60,725 nt of DNA, taken from contig NW_019217790.1 in the NCBI RefSeq assembly GCF_002571385.2, positions 1,842,776-1,903,500 of the forward strand. The letters run 5' to 3'. The translations under genes were made by a program, and so were the position numbers. The notes beneath the pieces are model-generated. The model worked only from the letters and a program-made list of their open reading frames with translations, made no database searches and was not told the origin of the DNA. Every line of letters starts with the position of its first letter. Position 1 is the first letter of the stretch. This DNA comes from Stylophora pistillata. Taxonomy: Eukaryota. Positions 13,570 to 26,639 of the stretch are shown in pieces.

Positions 13570-13810
13570 CTACATCTCCCTAAGGGGATAAGAGGGGGGG
13601 AGGGGAGTTGAAGGATTTCGGTTATGCCACAATAAATTTAACTGATCCTCCCTTAGGCTCTGTAATGTTTTTGTAACCCCTCGTTGGTAGTTAATTGGTA
13701 GTCAATTTTCCGAAGTACCCCCTTTATGTACTATGTTAGCGACGACTGTGCTCTCTTCCGCTCCCCCCCTAAAAAACATGTGATCCCCCCCAAAAATCCT
13801 CCACTCTTTC
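13570..13810. repeat. Interspersed non-autonomous repeat; an inverted-orientation relative lies at ~51520-51720
   Basis: Shared segments cacaataaatttaactgatcctcc / ggaggatgaagtaaattttattgtg and aaaacatgtgatcccccc / gggggtcacatggtttt. Confidence 0.6.
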
Positions 13811-13839
13811 ATAAAAGGCGATGAAAAATGTGGTGTTAA

Positions 13840-14105
13840 GTAGTGTTCATTACTGCGAAGATCGCTCTGACACTAATTTCTTTAACCGCTGTTCAGATAT
13901 ATTCGCAGGCGTCGACTCATCAGTTTACGGATTTATTACGAACCAACGCAATAAGCAGCTCCCATTTGACTCATTAGCTCAGTTGGTAGAGCACTGCACC
14001 AGTATCACAGAGGTCATGGGTTCGAATCCCGTACAAGCCTGAATTTTTTTCAGGCCTTACTTTCGCTACTGCTTAAGTAGTGTTCATTTCTGCCGGAAGA
14101 TCGCT
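13840..14105 (+). mobile_element. tRNA-related SINE-like repeat, family B
   Basis: ttagctcagttggtagagcactgcacc...gggttcgaatcccgtacaagcctgaattttttt, flanked by the direct repeat ttaagtagtgttcatt...gaagatcgctc. Confidence 0.75.
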
Positions 14106-15294
14106 CACACTATAAATGACATTATGTAACGAAATTGATAAAAATGAATGCCACACAAATGAATGATTGTATATATATAATTGAGAATCTACAGCAATTA
14201 ATTGGTAACACTAAGTTCGCGTACTATTTACAACTTGTAGTGTTTGTTCCTATTGGGATAAATACCTGTTAGATAATCTTTACCATATTGGTTAGCACAC
14301 CCTTGACCGCAGTCACGTGATTATCCATATACATCTTTGTATGTAATTAATTTCATCGTTATTCTAATAAAGCAGGTGTGTAGAGCACTTGGTCTGTGCA
14401 CGCGTTACCTTATAGTAGTACACAACGCTACTGATTTACATTACTGTAGTAAGATTTGTTCTACCCAGGGAATTAGCGAGTTTTAACTCATGGCACGTGA
14501 CATTTTCAACTACAATCGGAAAACGTATTTAGATTGGGAGGTATAACAATACTTATTATTTCATTTTTCACTTCATTATCCAAAACAGAACACGGAGATG
14601 CTTGGGAGTGGCGTTGTGATCATCACAGTCGTTTGCCTCGTATGCTGCACGTGGTTTCTGTGCATTTGGTCCAATGAACTTCGTAAGAAATATCACGTGG
14701 ACTGACATTCAGGGTAACAGTACGTCGCGACCTGTTGACTGCGAAATAATACAAAATAACTCGGGTTACATAATATTACCACCTAGGGACATTCAAGTTA
14801 TCAAACAATCGACATGTACAGGAATCTTCCTAAGGGTCAGTTTCGAAATTGTACTTGAACAAAAAATGTGGACTGTATTCAGCTTGTCGTGAAAGCTAGT
14901 GCTGGAGCTAGAAAATGGGTAAATAAAATGGTGAAAAATATCCCTGTTCCGTTGACAGAGATTACGGAGTCTTTCAACAAATACCTTCAAAAAAGTTATT
15001 TAAAGTATCATGAAACGATCCATTGCGCGCTGTTAGTATCGTACAGTAGTCGCTTTAGCATCATTAGTAGCGTTGGAGGCGAGGAGCTTTGCCAAAGCTC
15101 GGCGGAAATGTTGGTGCAGATCGAAAAATCATTGGTATGACAAGCAGGCTGCATTGGGGGAGAGGAAAGCGTTAATCGGACCGTTTGTAGAAAGAAAGAA
15201 ATAGTTTAGTTTAAGTTTAAGTTTAATTGATTCGCCACAGGAATGGCAGGAGAAAGGAACAGAACTTTCGTTCCAATTAACACCTAACCCCTTT

Positions 15295-15575
15295 TTTTTA
15301 CCCACCCATCCCAACCCGGGGAGGACATCCATCACACAGTAATCTCGTTTGTGGGAAATTAACGTCTCCTAGCCCATCCCTGCAGGAGACAGGACCTCCA
15401 TTTATCGTCTCTATTCGAGAAGACTAGAAAGTCAAACCATTTGCAGATATTATTACAAAGGCAGCACTTTCTTCTCAGTTAATTAAAGACCCTGAGTGTT
15501 GGTCCGGCCGGATTTGAGCTCACGATCTCCCGCACAACAGTCCGGGTTTCTACCAATTGAGCTAACCGGGAGGTT
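15295..15575 (-). mobile_element. tRNA-derived SINE, family A
   Basis: Near-colinear with 7960-8240 (ggaggacatccatcacacagtaatctcgt...gagtgttggtccggccgg...ttgagctaac). Confidence 0.8.
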
Positions 15576-15905
15576 AGGANNNNNTAAGAGAAAAGCAGGC
15601 CTTGCTCGTAAATAAATCTCTTTCCCAAAAACGGTCATAGTTTAAACCAATTTGTTGTGAAAATAAGCACTGCTATACTACACATAAGTTTTGTGAAATC
15701 ATTACATAGCAAGATCGTGCGTCCACAGGTTTTCATCAACTTTTAAAGATTCTTGATACCTGAGGAAGAGTTGGTCGGGCTCAGTCCCTCTCAATGTGGC
15801 ATGACGAAGCAATATTCAAATTACCTGTATTTATGTAAAGACCCATCAACATTTTGAAGTCACTCACATTAGCACTCGAAGAACAGAGTTTCTCAGTTCT
15901 CCGTG

Positions 15906-18900
15906 ATGATAAAGCTCCAAGTTTTTTCTCTTCTGTTGCTATACATGGGTTCGCTGGCAAATCTCTCTGCAGAGTATAGCAACACAGCATCCTTGGATGG
16001 AAATAATTTCAAGGTCTACTGGACTCACAATGCTACATCGAACATGATGTACATTGCGCTCGAGGTGAAAGCGACGGGTTGGGTGACACTGGCTTTTGCT
16101 AAGGAGAAAAGCAGTAGCATGAAAGACTACGATGCTTGTCTTGGATACGTATCTGGTGGAACTAAAGTTTTGAATGTGAGTGCACTTGATCTTGATTTGT
16201 TCGCTTTAAATTTCAAAAAAACTCGTTGACGTGATATCGCATCGAAAAACTGAAGATGCGAATCAGTTTACCTTTACTAACTGAAAATTCAAATCGGCAA
16301 ACATTCGCTGATTTGCGGGCAATGAAATGTTTCCGTATTTGTTTTAATTTGTTCGCGTTTGTGGTTTTGTTGAAGGTGCTGATGTTGTTTTACAAGGTGT
16401 TCGACCGCTTATTCTGGTGTTTTTTGTTTCAGCCTTGTTGATTGCATGATACCGGTAGCTAGTGAAAAATTTATTATGTATTCAGGTTTGCACTTGTTAC
16501 CTATTGTCAGTAATCTCCCGTTCGTAAACAAACTCTGGCCAATGGGAATCAACAGTGATTAATATCTTTCAAGAGCATGACTGAAACCGACATGAATAAT
16601 GATAATAATAATAATTATAATAATAATAATAACATATTTAACCAGGGTAAACCTGTCAGCAGAAGCTGTTATCAATAGGTGCCCTGGGAAACAAAAACAA
16701 AACAAAACAAAAAACAAAAAAATAGCAAAATAATAATAAAAGCCCTAAAAACTTTTACAATATACATAATAAGATAAAAACTAGGAAAGTATATACATAG
16801 AAGAAATATCAAAAGTAAAATTCAAAGTTAATTACACAGAAAATCCTTAAGCTTTGTTTTAAGCATGCATATTTTTCTCATGATTGTTCAAAGAAACTGA
16901 AACATGTATATTTGTTTTTCTTTTGGACAAACTACAACAAATTACATGTTATTGTCATGGCAACGTCACGTAAATAGATAAAGAAAAAAGAGAAGTGTGC
17001 ACTCTCGTGCTGTTTTCGTGCTGTTATAATAAAGTGTAAATGTTGGCCTTCTGCAGCTGGTTTTCCCAGAATTTTCGCTCTTTCTTAAGTTCTGGCCTCG
17101 ACTATCCATTTTGACGTTTTCTCAAACCTTCCAAGAGATAATTGTTCCAGGCTTCAGCAATAGACCGTAACTGTTGAATAAGTCGAATGACTTAACGTTT
17201 TGAAGCTTCAAAGACTCTGTTTAAGAAGTAACGTTAATGGTGTTTTTTCTTCTTATCTGAAATCTGAGCGATGCAAGCTCCAGATGGTCGTTATCCAAAG
17301 TACAAAGCAGCGAGCTTGTAAGACTCGCAAGTTACTTTTCACACATCCATTTTCCCATCGCGGCGTTTTTATTTAACTTGATGTTTTTGTTCCTTTGATC
17401 GTTTTTTTTGAATCCATACAGTACGGAAAATTATCTTAATAGGAGAGAAAATTTTGGCTATGTCTAAAACGTATAATTAATTCAGCACACGTAATTTTCC
17501 AAAATTGAAAAATTTAAGTGCCGCGAAATGTGTGCCCTTAAGCTATACGCGAGGTAATGTGCCGGGAATTTTTTTTGAACTAAGACAAATTTTGCCATCA
17601 CAAAGGGTACTTTTCAGTCTCGGTACTACTTTGTAGCGATTAAACAAGGGAAAAACGTAACTTAAAAAAGCAGGTGCGTAATATCTTTAATACTTGTGAA
17701 ACATTCCGACATTCGGCAAAGTCAAGGAAGCCAAAATCGATCAGTTTGAACTAAGACTTTCTCAATCGTTAGCGCTAAACTAAGCGACCAATATAATTCC
17801 CCAGTGGTTGATATATGTATTGTTTCTTGCTGTAGCGGCTTTTAACTGTTGCCCAGGTGAGGATACTTACGTAGAATTTTTCAAGGAAGAAGCAGATATA
17901 AATTTCAGTATAGAACTGACCATGAGGCACTGAACCTTTTTTTTTCTTTTTTTACTTTCAGGACTATTTGACGAAAAGCCGCAACTCACCTCCTGAAGAC
18001 AGCCACAATGACTGTATGCTTGACGAGGCTATGCTAAATGGTGGTACTACTACAATTAAGTACCACAGGAAGGTTAATACTGGCGATTCACAAGATATCG
18101 TTATTGAGGTTAACTATTTTCCATTGTAGTTTTAATTAGAGGAATTTGTCGGCGGCCATCATGGCTACCATTAAATTATGTTATCGCGAGTGGCAGCCCA
18201 ACAGCGGCTCATTATCAGCAGAAATGTGATATTCTTACACATTATGATATCAGTTACTACTGAAATTTAGCGGGTGTATGGCTTCCAGTCGTGATGATTT
18301 ATGCTGATTCAGGAGCCAACCAGATCGCATTTTGTTCAAGCATCACTTTTGTTAAAATGGAAGTACAACCAGGGTAGTTTGCTAGACATGGTGGCCAGCT
18401 GGTTTTTGCTTTCGACTTCGAAACTGTCAGAGATCTACGCCCAAGCCTGTGCTAGACTATTGGGGTTTGTTCTTGGGCGAGAGACTCCATTCTCCCTGGT
18501 AACCAGTGCTTCTCTATACATTCAGGAGTATAAAGGGAAATTGACGAACAATCAGAGAAACGTAACAAAATGCCTGTCGTGTACTAGCCGATCCCATCTA
18601 GTGGGAGTTGAAGTACTCCTAGTCTCTTGACTACAAAACGCGGGATGACTTGATACATCATGTCACACCCGGTCAACGACGACCTCTTGCCCCTAGTAGA
18701 TGTGATACACTGCAATGCAGGGACCACGGGGCAGAGTGGTTCATGGCTAAATTAACTATTTTGCGAGGTCGACTCTGCTACGGTAGCTGCAGTCGTGGTA
18801 GGGTGACAGTGAAAGAGTACATTTTTATGCAAGGTTTCTTTGCCGGCAGATTTATTCGAATTATACCATAACTCGTAGGAGAATTATACGAAGGAATCCC

Positions 18901-19306
18901 TAATGATCTTCACGAGTACGCATGCATTACCTGATTTCGAATGTTTTTGTCTGACGGACCTCCTTTGTTAAGTCAGTTTCAGTCCAGCTGGAGTGGTAAC
19001 AATTTCCCCCCAGTTGGGAAAATCAAGAGGAGCAAACCATAGTTTTCGTATTTTATCTATTCAGTCCAGTTTAGTGATTGTTGTATTAATGGTTTAAATC
19101 TCTTTTTCTCTCTTGTTTTTCAGAAAGGTGAAATAATTGTCGTGTGGGCATACAGAAACGCTGTAACTTCCCTCTCAAGACACGATAAAAAGGGTTTTGA
19201 GACCCTGACGATGATAAGCTCCGGTAAAGCAGCTAAGCTCAAGAGTTTCTATTGGAAAATCACGGTTGCCTCTCTGTCTGTCGTAGTGGCCTTGTTTTTC
19301 AAATAA
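15906..19306 (+). CDS. Secreted, probably GPI-anchored single-DOMON-domain protein (199 aa, 3 exons)
   Basis: Exons 15906-16175, 17962-18108 and 19124-19306; both introns GT-AG, phase 0. Signal peptide MIKLQVFSLLLLYMGSLANLSA. DOMON motifs FKVYW...LEVKATGWVTLAF...SMKDYD, IKYHRKVNTGDSQDIVI and VVWAY...RH. Hydrophobic C-tail ...ISSGKAAKLKSFYWKITVASLSVVVALFFK*. Confidence 0.88.
18370..18640 (+). mobile_element. Degenerate SINE in DOMON intron 2
   Basis: Remnant SINE-like core (ttcttgggcgagagactc...cagtgcttctctatacattcaggagtataaaggg...gtactagccgatcccatc); heavily diverged. Confidence 0.45.
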
Positions 19307-19667
19307 AATGGAATCCAGCCACGCTGCCAGACAAATTTGTTTGTTGGACAAGTTTTTTCCCCTCTCTCTCCCACGTGTCCCTCTAACTGTTGGTTTGCAA
19401 AATGGCAAAGGCACATAGGTAACTGTTATATCTTGGATTGCAGCTTTGCGCTTATAAAGCTCAACACTTTTTAGTTTATATACCCCAAACAATATGCACG
19501 TTATTTGACAACTATTCGCAGTTTGTTACAGTTTGTAATCGTCAGAGAAAATTCCCATTGACTTACTTAATAAATCTTGTTTACCTTGGACTGTGAACTT
19601 GAATTAAGAGTTAAGAGGTGAATACAAGCGCTTTGTTTGACGCAGTTTGTTTTTGTTTGAATCTGAG

Positions 19668-19820
19668 CTGGCCCCGGTTCTTCGATAACGCCATCCAGGG
19701 GACAAATCTCCATCCGGTAGGAAGCGTAGTGCGTTTCATGAACAGTGATCGTCATTATCCTCTAGATAGCGATTTATCCGTTGGAAAGCGTTATCCAAGT
19801 TTTGGACAACTGGGCCCCAG
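19668..19820. mobile_element. MITE (~150 bp) with imperfect terminal inverted repeats
   Basis: ctggccccggtt ... aactgggccccag, with internal gataacgc / gcgttatc inverted segments. Confidence 0.7.
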
Positions 19821-20814
19821 TTGATCAAAAGGATGGCGCGAATTTTGTGGACGAAACATAAAACAAAGTAACTGACAAAACCGAAAAGAATTTAGAATTC
19901 TTTTTGATGCTCCATATTAAAAATTGTTTTGGAAAACGGGCAGCCTTCCATTCCAAGCCAAGTCCGTCGTGCGAGTTAATAGAAATAACATCGGAAGAAT
20001 GGTACTGATAGGAAACTTTTTTATATCTTTCAGTTAGTACATGTTTATTTAACTGTACCGGCGGCCCACTAAGTTTAAAAGTTCGTTTGAAATGAAATAT
20101 TTCGGCTCTGTTTGTACCCAGAGATATAATAGAAGTCTTGCTTACCTCGTTTTCTCGGTCCATACTGTGAGTTGCGGAGCCTTGGTGTTTTTCCACTTGG
20201 ATTTATGGCCTGTTCACTTCGCTTCCCAAACGAGTGATAACAAAACACAGAGGATATAAAATTATGTTTCTTCTGATTTGTGCCATGATAGACTCATCCG
20301 CGAAATAGAGGCTATCGTGCGTGCGGTTCCTGTCCAAGATAAAACATGTCTGGCCTCTTCCTTTGATTCTAAGAGAAGAGGCTTCAAAGGGCGCCTTTTG
20401 CTCAAAACTGGGGTAAAGTATGTGTAGACCATTTTCTGAGCCGTCTCACTGAGTGAACTTATCAACTTGAAACACCTCCATATTGAAAGATAAAACGGGT
20501 TTATTCCGCTGCAAACACTTAACAGGTAAGGTTCAAATTCACCACTTCACTTAGCCGAGGTTCAAATTTTCCAATCCTCCAAAGAAAGGTCGCAATTTCT
20601 CATCCCCGGCCCTGACGCCCGTCAAATGCCCGTGGGTTGCCCGGAGGGGTGTTTAAGATCGATCAACGTTTAAGATCGTTTTAAGATCGATCAGCGTTTA
20701 AAAGGGGTGTTTAAGATCGATCAAACCGAGCGTAAAAATGTCACTCTTTTCTCAGTTTTGTTGACTCCTCAAGTTCACACAAAGCTTGCAGAGATCCATC
20801 CATTTTAATGCTAA

Positions 20815-23000
20815 TTATTGTAAGAAATAGACAACTTTTTTGAGAGACGTGTTTCGGCATGCTTATGCCATCTTCAATCAATGAGTAACAGAACGTGAGT
20901 AATTATATAACAGACAAGTAGATGAATAAAATATTTAGAGTATGATGTAATACAAAAGCGGATACTAATTACAACGTGACACCAAATATCAAAGGTGTGA
21001 ACTAAAAGCCCTTATCGCATTTGTCTCTGCATTGCAAAGGGTCCTCAGCGCCTTGCGTTCGGCCGGAAGCAATTTATCTTTTGGGTTTGTAATTCCTATT
21101 CTAAATAGCTTTCAAGGGCTACTGATTTTTGCATTGGTGGTATCCATGTAGATTTGACGTGGCAGGGATGGGTTTTTTTTTGTCCTCCCCTCGGAAAATG
21201 TAAATAAGACGCATTCTCCTTGCGAACTGATCAAAGTCACACAATAGATATTGTCTGATCTGTTTTTGTTTTGTAGCGGGTGTTGGAATGAATTTAAGCC
21301 CTTTTTCCAGCAAATTAACCTGGCCGTTTGTAAGTTCTTTATTTGAGAGGTTTTTAATGTGCGTTTTGTTCGCCTCTAGTTTGATAGTTGAACGCGTTTG
21401 GCGTCTGACTTTTCTGTGTTAGTTGCTAGCCGCTTGGCTTTTGAAATTCGTTTTTTGGTCCCATGTTTGTATTGGGAGTCAGAGAATACACGTGTGTACT
21501 TTTCAAATTCTTTATTCTCCATTATTCATAGTCTTTTCATCATACTGCCGAACTGAGCGATTTTTTCCTGGAGATTAACAGCATTTTTTTTCACTGTCTC
21601 GATCGTTACATTGTCTTGACTGCTTTCAGCTCAGTGTGCCACGCGCGCTGATTCGATCGTACTACAGTTCTTAGTGTTCAGTGTTCCAGCCGTTTTGGCT
21701 CGTTTTCTTCTCTGTATTTCACGTTCATGGAAGCACATGATCGCCTTTACTGTTCCTTGCTTCGCATTGTTACGGATTTGCTTTATCTCTTTTCTGAAAT
21801 CCTCGTCCGCTCTTANNNNNNNNNNNNNNNNNNNNNNNNNNNNNNNNNNNNNNNNNNNNNNNNNNNNNNNNNNNNNNNNNNNNNNNNNNNNNNNNNNNNN
21901 NNNNNNNNNNNNNNNNNNNNNNNNNNNNNNNNNNNNNNNNNNNNNNNNNNNNNNNNNNNNNNNNNNNNNNNNNNNNNNNNNNNNNNNNNNNNNNNNNNNN
22001 NNNNNNNNNNNNNNNNNNNNNNNNNNNNNNNNNNNGATATTTCCATAAGGTCGTAGTAGTAGCAAGTATGATAAATATTGTAAGAAATAGACAACTTTTT
22101 TGAGAGACATGTTTCGGCATGCTTATGCCATCTTCAATCAATGAGTAACAGAACGTGAGTAATTATATAACAGACAAGTAGATGAATAAAATATTTACAG
22201 TATGATGTAATACAAAAGCGGGTACTAATTACAACGTGACACCAAACATCAAAGGTGTGAACTAAAACGCTAGAAAAGTGTTATAATGCTGTAATTGTTT
22301 GTTAAGTTCAGGTTTGATCTTATTTATATAAAAAGCTTCTTTGAGTTTTGAATCAGTTGAGTTGTTAGCAGACTCCAGAATACTAAAGCAAGAAAGGGAG
22401 TATTTGTTCTTACAAGAAGGAGATGTGTTGAAATGCTTAAAAATATTCCATCATGCTACAAAATTGGCCTATCCGAACTCTTATTGACCGTATCAACAAA
22501 ATCAACAACACCTCTTCCGGCCTTCAAAACGATCTTGAGAAACTTTCCGACACTTTAAAACGTAATTATTTTCCTTCGCATATTATTGAAAGAACTTTCA
22601 AGCGGTATCTTGACGGGTCCTCCTCTCAAAATAGCCGGAACATTGATGACAATAATACACGTTACTTTAAACTCCCTTTTGTCGGCTATTATTCTAAAAT
22701 AGCGAACCTCAAACTCAGACAACTCACTAAGCGCTTTTGTAAATCGGACCTAAATATCAAACTAGTTTTCACCTCTTTTAAAATTAAAAACATGTTCAGT
22801 GTTAAAGATCGTACTCCTGATGCTCTAAAATCCATGGTAGTTTATCAATTTTCTTGTGCGGGATGTAATTCCCGTTACCTTGGCGAAACTAGTCGCCACT
22901 TCTCTACTAGGATAAAGGAGCACACGGAAAGCGATAAAAACTGGCATATTTTTTAAGCATTTCAACACATCTCCTTCTTGTAAGAACAAATACTCCCTTT
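20815..23000. mobile_element. Rearranged Penelope-like retroelement cluster (pseudo-LTR direct repeats, RT/GIY-YIG fragments)
   Basis: ~190-bp direct repeat at 20817-21008 and 22077-22268. Minus-strand N-terminal PLE peptide LEKGLKFIPTP...DFDQFARRMRL (21119-21313). Plus-strand thumb + GIY-YIG VVYQFSCAGCNSRYLGETSRHFSTRIKEH (22453-22956). Minus-strand GIY-YIG end LKEAFYINKIKPELNKQ (22290-22350). Confidence 0.85.
22098..22142 (-). ncRNA. Minimal type I hammerhead ribozyme motif in the Penelope pseudo-LTR; second copy at 20838-20882
   Basis: Minus strand UUGAAGA-u-GGCAU-aagc-AUGCC-GAAA-cauGUC: core box with C3 to U, perfect 5-bp stem II, GAAA, palindromic ACAUGU stem III and a GUC triplet. Confidence 0.65.
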
Positions 23001-26000
23001 TAAAAGTCAGAGGCATATACGGGTAGAATCACATTTAAGAATTTATCCATTTAATTTATGAATTGTAATATCAAAATGTGATAAGGTCATCCAATGAGGC
23101 TTTGAGATTGTGCTAAATCGGTAACTCCATACTGAGAACTAATAAATATGTTACATTTTGACGAAATGTCCAAATTGTTAGTGGATCGAATTTGTTTACT
23201 GATTTAAATATGAAATTAGTAAATTTCCTCTTTCTTTCAGTTTCGTACACACTTCTCACACTCCTATAAATGAAATTTGATTTTTCGATTTTGGTTTATG
23301 TTTCTCCTGAAACTACAGTACTTTTCCCATCTTGAGAGAGGATCATAGACTTAACATGCCTGAGGAAAAAATTCCATTGATCATCATAACTATCATTTTA
23401 ATTATATTACCATTAATGTATGTTTGGTCAATTTTTTTTTGCCCGCACTGCTTGATTAATGATTACCAACAGGACAGCTTGGACGAGTGAGAGCCTGGGT
23501 CCGGTGTGCAATTCTTACTAACCCCTCTCCTGTCAAATAAACTTTTGCTTTGATTTTGTTCTAATCGTGAGAAATACCACGAAGAAAAAAATTTCAAATA
23601 TCTTTAAAATGAGAGGAGAATATTTTCGCCACAAATATTAGAAAAAATTTTCGAAGGAAGGAGGTTTTTCAAATGATGCGGAAATTCCTTTGTACGCAAT
23701 TTCCCCCCGGAAACTCAACCTTGAGCTTGGGGCCTAAAAAGGAAACTTGTTATTGCGGGCTCAAGGGGCCGCACCTCGATCGTCTTTTACATTGCTCGCT
23801 GGTGTGGTGGCGTAGCATTTTGACTGCGAAGGAATTTTGACTTTATCTCCGAAATAACCGGTAAGTTGTCGCTATTTTATGTTAATTTTGCACATTGTAG
23901 TATTCATTTTGTATTTTTGTTCGTTTGAGCGCATGAATTGTTGCCATGAATTAAAAAACCAGCCTTCTGCGCGCCAAGTGTTACGATTTCGTAATATGCA
24001 TTTACAATTGAAGTTTTTTCTCGACATAAATTCTCTTCATTTCGGAGTTGGTATTGAATATTTATTCCCTAGATCTGTTCCCCTTGCCTTTGTAAGAAAT
24101 TGGAGTGTTAGTGGGCCTATTTTGTTCGACTTTCTGGCCTTTAAAGTTTCGCTTCACCCGTAAAGTTCGTCTGTTAATTTCCGCATGTGCTTCGACCCTC
24201 GATAGGTCGCATTCTTTGATCGGTCTTTTCCTGTACCACCCCGAATACCTCTAGATCATGACACTGTTTTCGTCTAAAACAGTAATTGATATTTTCTTCC
24301 ATTGAAAGTCTTGTCTTTCGGTTCAAGAGATATTACGAATCGTTTCATTTCAAACGAATAACGATGATAGCCCGTCGAATTTCCTGGTGACCGATTACTC
24401 GGTGCTACTCGCAACTACAGTTTTATATTGGCAAAGTGTTTCATAAAATAAACGTAATTTGACTTCAAGTTTGAATACAAAGTGATTCCTGTGTTATTTC
24501 GGTGACAATGGAAACCTTCTGGGGAAAGAACCCCTCGCATAATTGGTAATTCAAATGCCGTTCTCCAGTAACTCTCCTTCGAATACAGAAATGTCGAGTA
24601 AGCGATTGTCGAGTTAATCCGAGAAGAGCCGTGCGTGTTGTCATACGTTTTTCATTTTTCTACGAGCAGTACGGACGGAGTACATGGTAAACATCTTGAA
24701 GTATTTGTTTAGTAGCATTTTATGTCCTTGCACACTGTATTTCATAAAAGAGTATTTGTAGTCAAGTATGAGAAGACGGCTATAATTTTCAGATGTTTCA
24801 CAATTGATCACGCACCGAAGGACCTCTGTACACTTATGATTCGGAAAGTCTAGAATCGTTGATTTTTTTCAACCCCAGTTGCCTTGAAAAACCAATTGTA
24901 CTAAAGATAAATCATTTTATTGATTTCCTTATGTAGTTTGTGGCTACACTTGAGTACAAGTATGCCCCCATTTTCTGTAAAATCACAAATACCTTGACTT
25001 TTGACAAAATCGTTTTGATTCTTTATAAAGAAAGTCGATTCGATGATAAATATTTGAATGCCAAATCTTAAAGTTAATTGAACATTTCCCTGAATCTCTG
25101 CTCTCACTTTAATTGTATAGCATGTATTTCAGCTCTGCCCAGGGGAAACAAAGCATTTCTTAGGCTCATTGTGAGACCCTCAGACAAAGAGATGAAATTA
25201 CATGAACATGCTTTGATACTGGATTCAACATATAGAGAGTTTCTCAAAACACCTTTGTATTGCCAAAGAGTTGTCTTTGTCTTCTGAAGAATTCAAAGGG
25301 CTAGTCGAAACTGAATGGAGAGCAAATCGTTGTGATCATCCCAAGTGGCTTTCTATGCCAACAAATTTGATCAACCAAATAACATACCAGTAATTTGTGA
25401 CAATTGATATTTATGATTATTTTGATTTTTATTTTTGATGTATGTAAACTGATTTACGGGGTATAGTTTTAGTTTAAATAGACTTGAATTCTTTGAAGAT
25501 ACTTAGGAGGTTTTTAAAATATTTTACAGTATCTTTTTTGTGAATCTCCACGGAAGTAATTGCAAGGCATGTTCTATATGTCTAGGCAGATTATGTCAGC
25601 CATTTTATGACAACACTTGTACAAGAGTGAGGTGAAAGTCAAGTGTGACACTGGTTGAATGAATTATAAATGTGTACATTCTTGTGTTTGTGAGAAAGGT
25701 GTCAAAACCTAATTGTGATGCAACAACTTGAAAGTGAAATTGGAGGAATGCTTGCTAAGAGATGCACTTTTCACAATAGTGCAAGTTTGGAGTGGATATA
25801 CATTTGTTATTTTAAAAAAATGGAATTAAAAAGGGTAAGTGATCTTTGAAATTGCAAATGAAACAATTTGGGGTATTGGCTAGCTGACAAATAGTAGTAG
25901 TACAAGTCTTGGTTAGATATATGTTGACTAGGGTTTGATCATGTTCATTAGTTGTATATGGATATTGTTTATTTTTACATGTAATTCACTCTTAAGCACA

Positions 26001-26639
26001 AAGCAGAGATTTTAGAAAATCCTTTACAAGGATAAATAGCCTCCCCTTAACACGTGTTAACTACTACACAGGGTTGTTGTTGAGGGCTGGCAGCCAGTGA
26101 AATTTGCTGGCTGAGAAAGAGGCAGTTGCAGGCTGAATTTTTGCTGGCATTTGCTTGACAGGCGGGTCTTGATTTTTTTACAGTTTAAGTGGAAAAAAAA
26201 TACCTTGCCGTTTGAAAACAAAAAGGTGAAAATAGATACAGAACTACATCTAAGATGCAGAATTATTAAAGGTGAAATGAAGTGTTGCTTTGAGTCCACT
26301 GGTCTTAACTGATCTGTAGTGTCTCTCTTTGTTTCGTATTGCCATTTTGCAAACTCAAAGCTTGGTAGCCTTGCGGACAACATGTTGCAAACGACTGGAC
26401 ACAGCCGGCTAAATGGCTTCCTCAACCAGCAGGCCATTTTCTTAGCTATAACACACTGCTACAGCAGGGATTTCATTAACTTCAGAAGTAGGGGTATCTT
26501 AGGACATAAGTAGGCAGAAGATAGTTTAGCAGTAAGCAATAATAATACTAATACAAGACTTAGGACCCATGCTAGAGTTCAGAGCGCTGTACAGCTATAT
26601 GGTTAAAAAATAAGATAAAGATGAGTAAAACAACTTACT

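Noticed and set aside
13970-14045. tRNA genes (also ~8170-8240, ~12050-12120, ~50280-50350)
   Set aside because: A/B boxes are present, but there is no proper acceptor stem and they sit within multi-copy SINE bodies.
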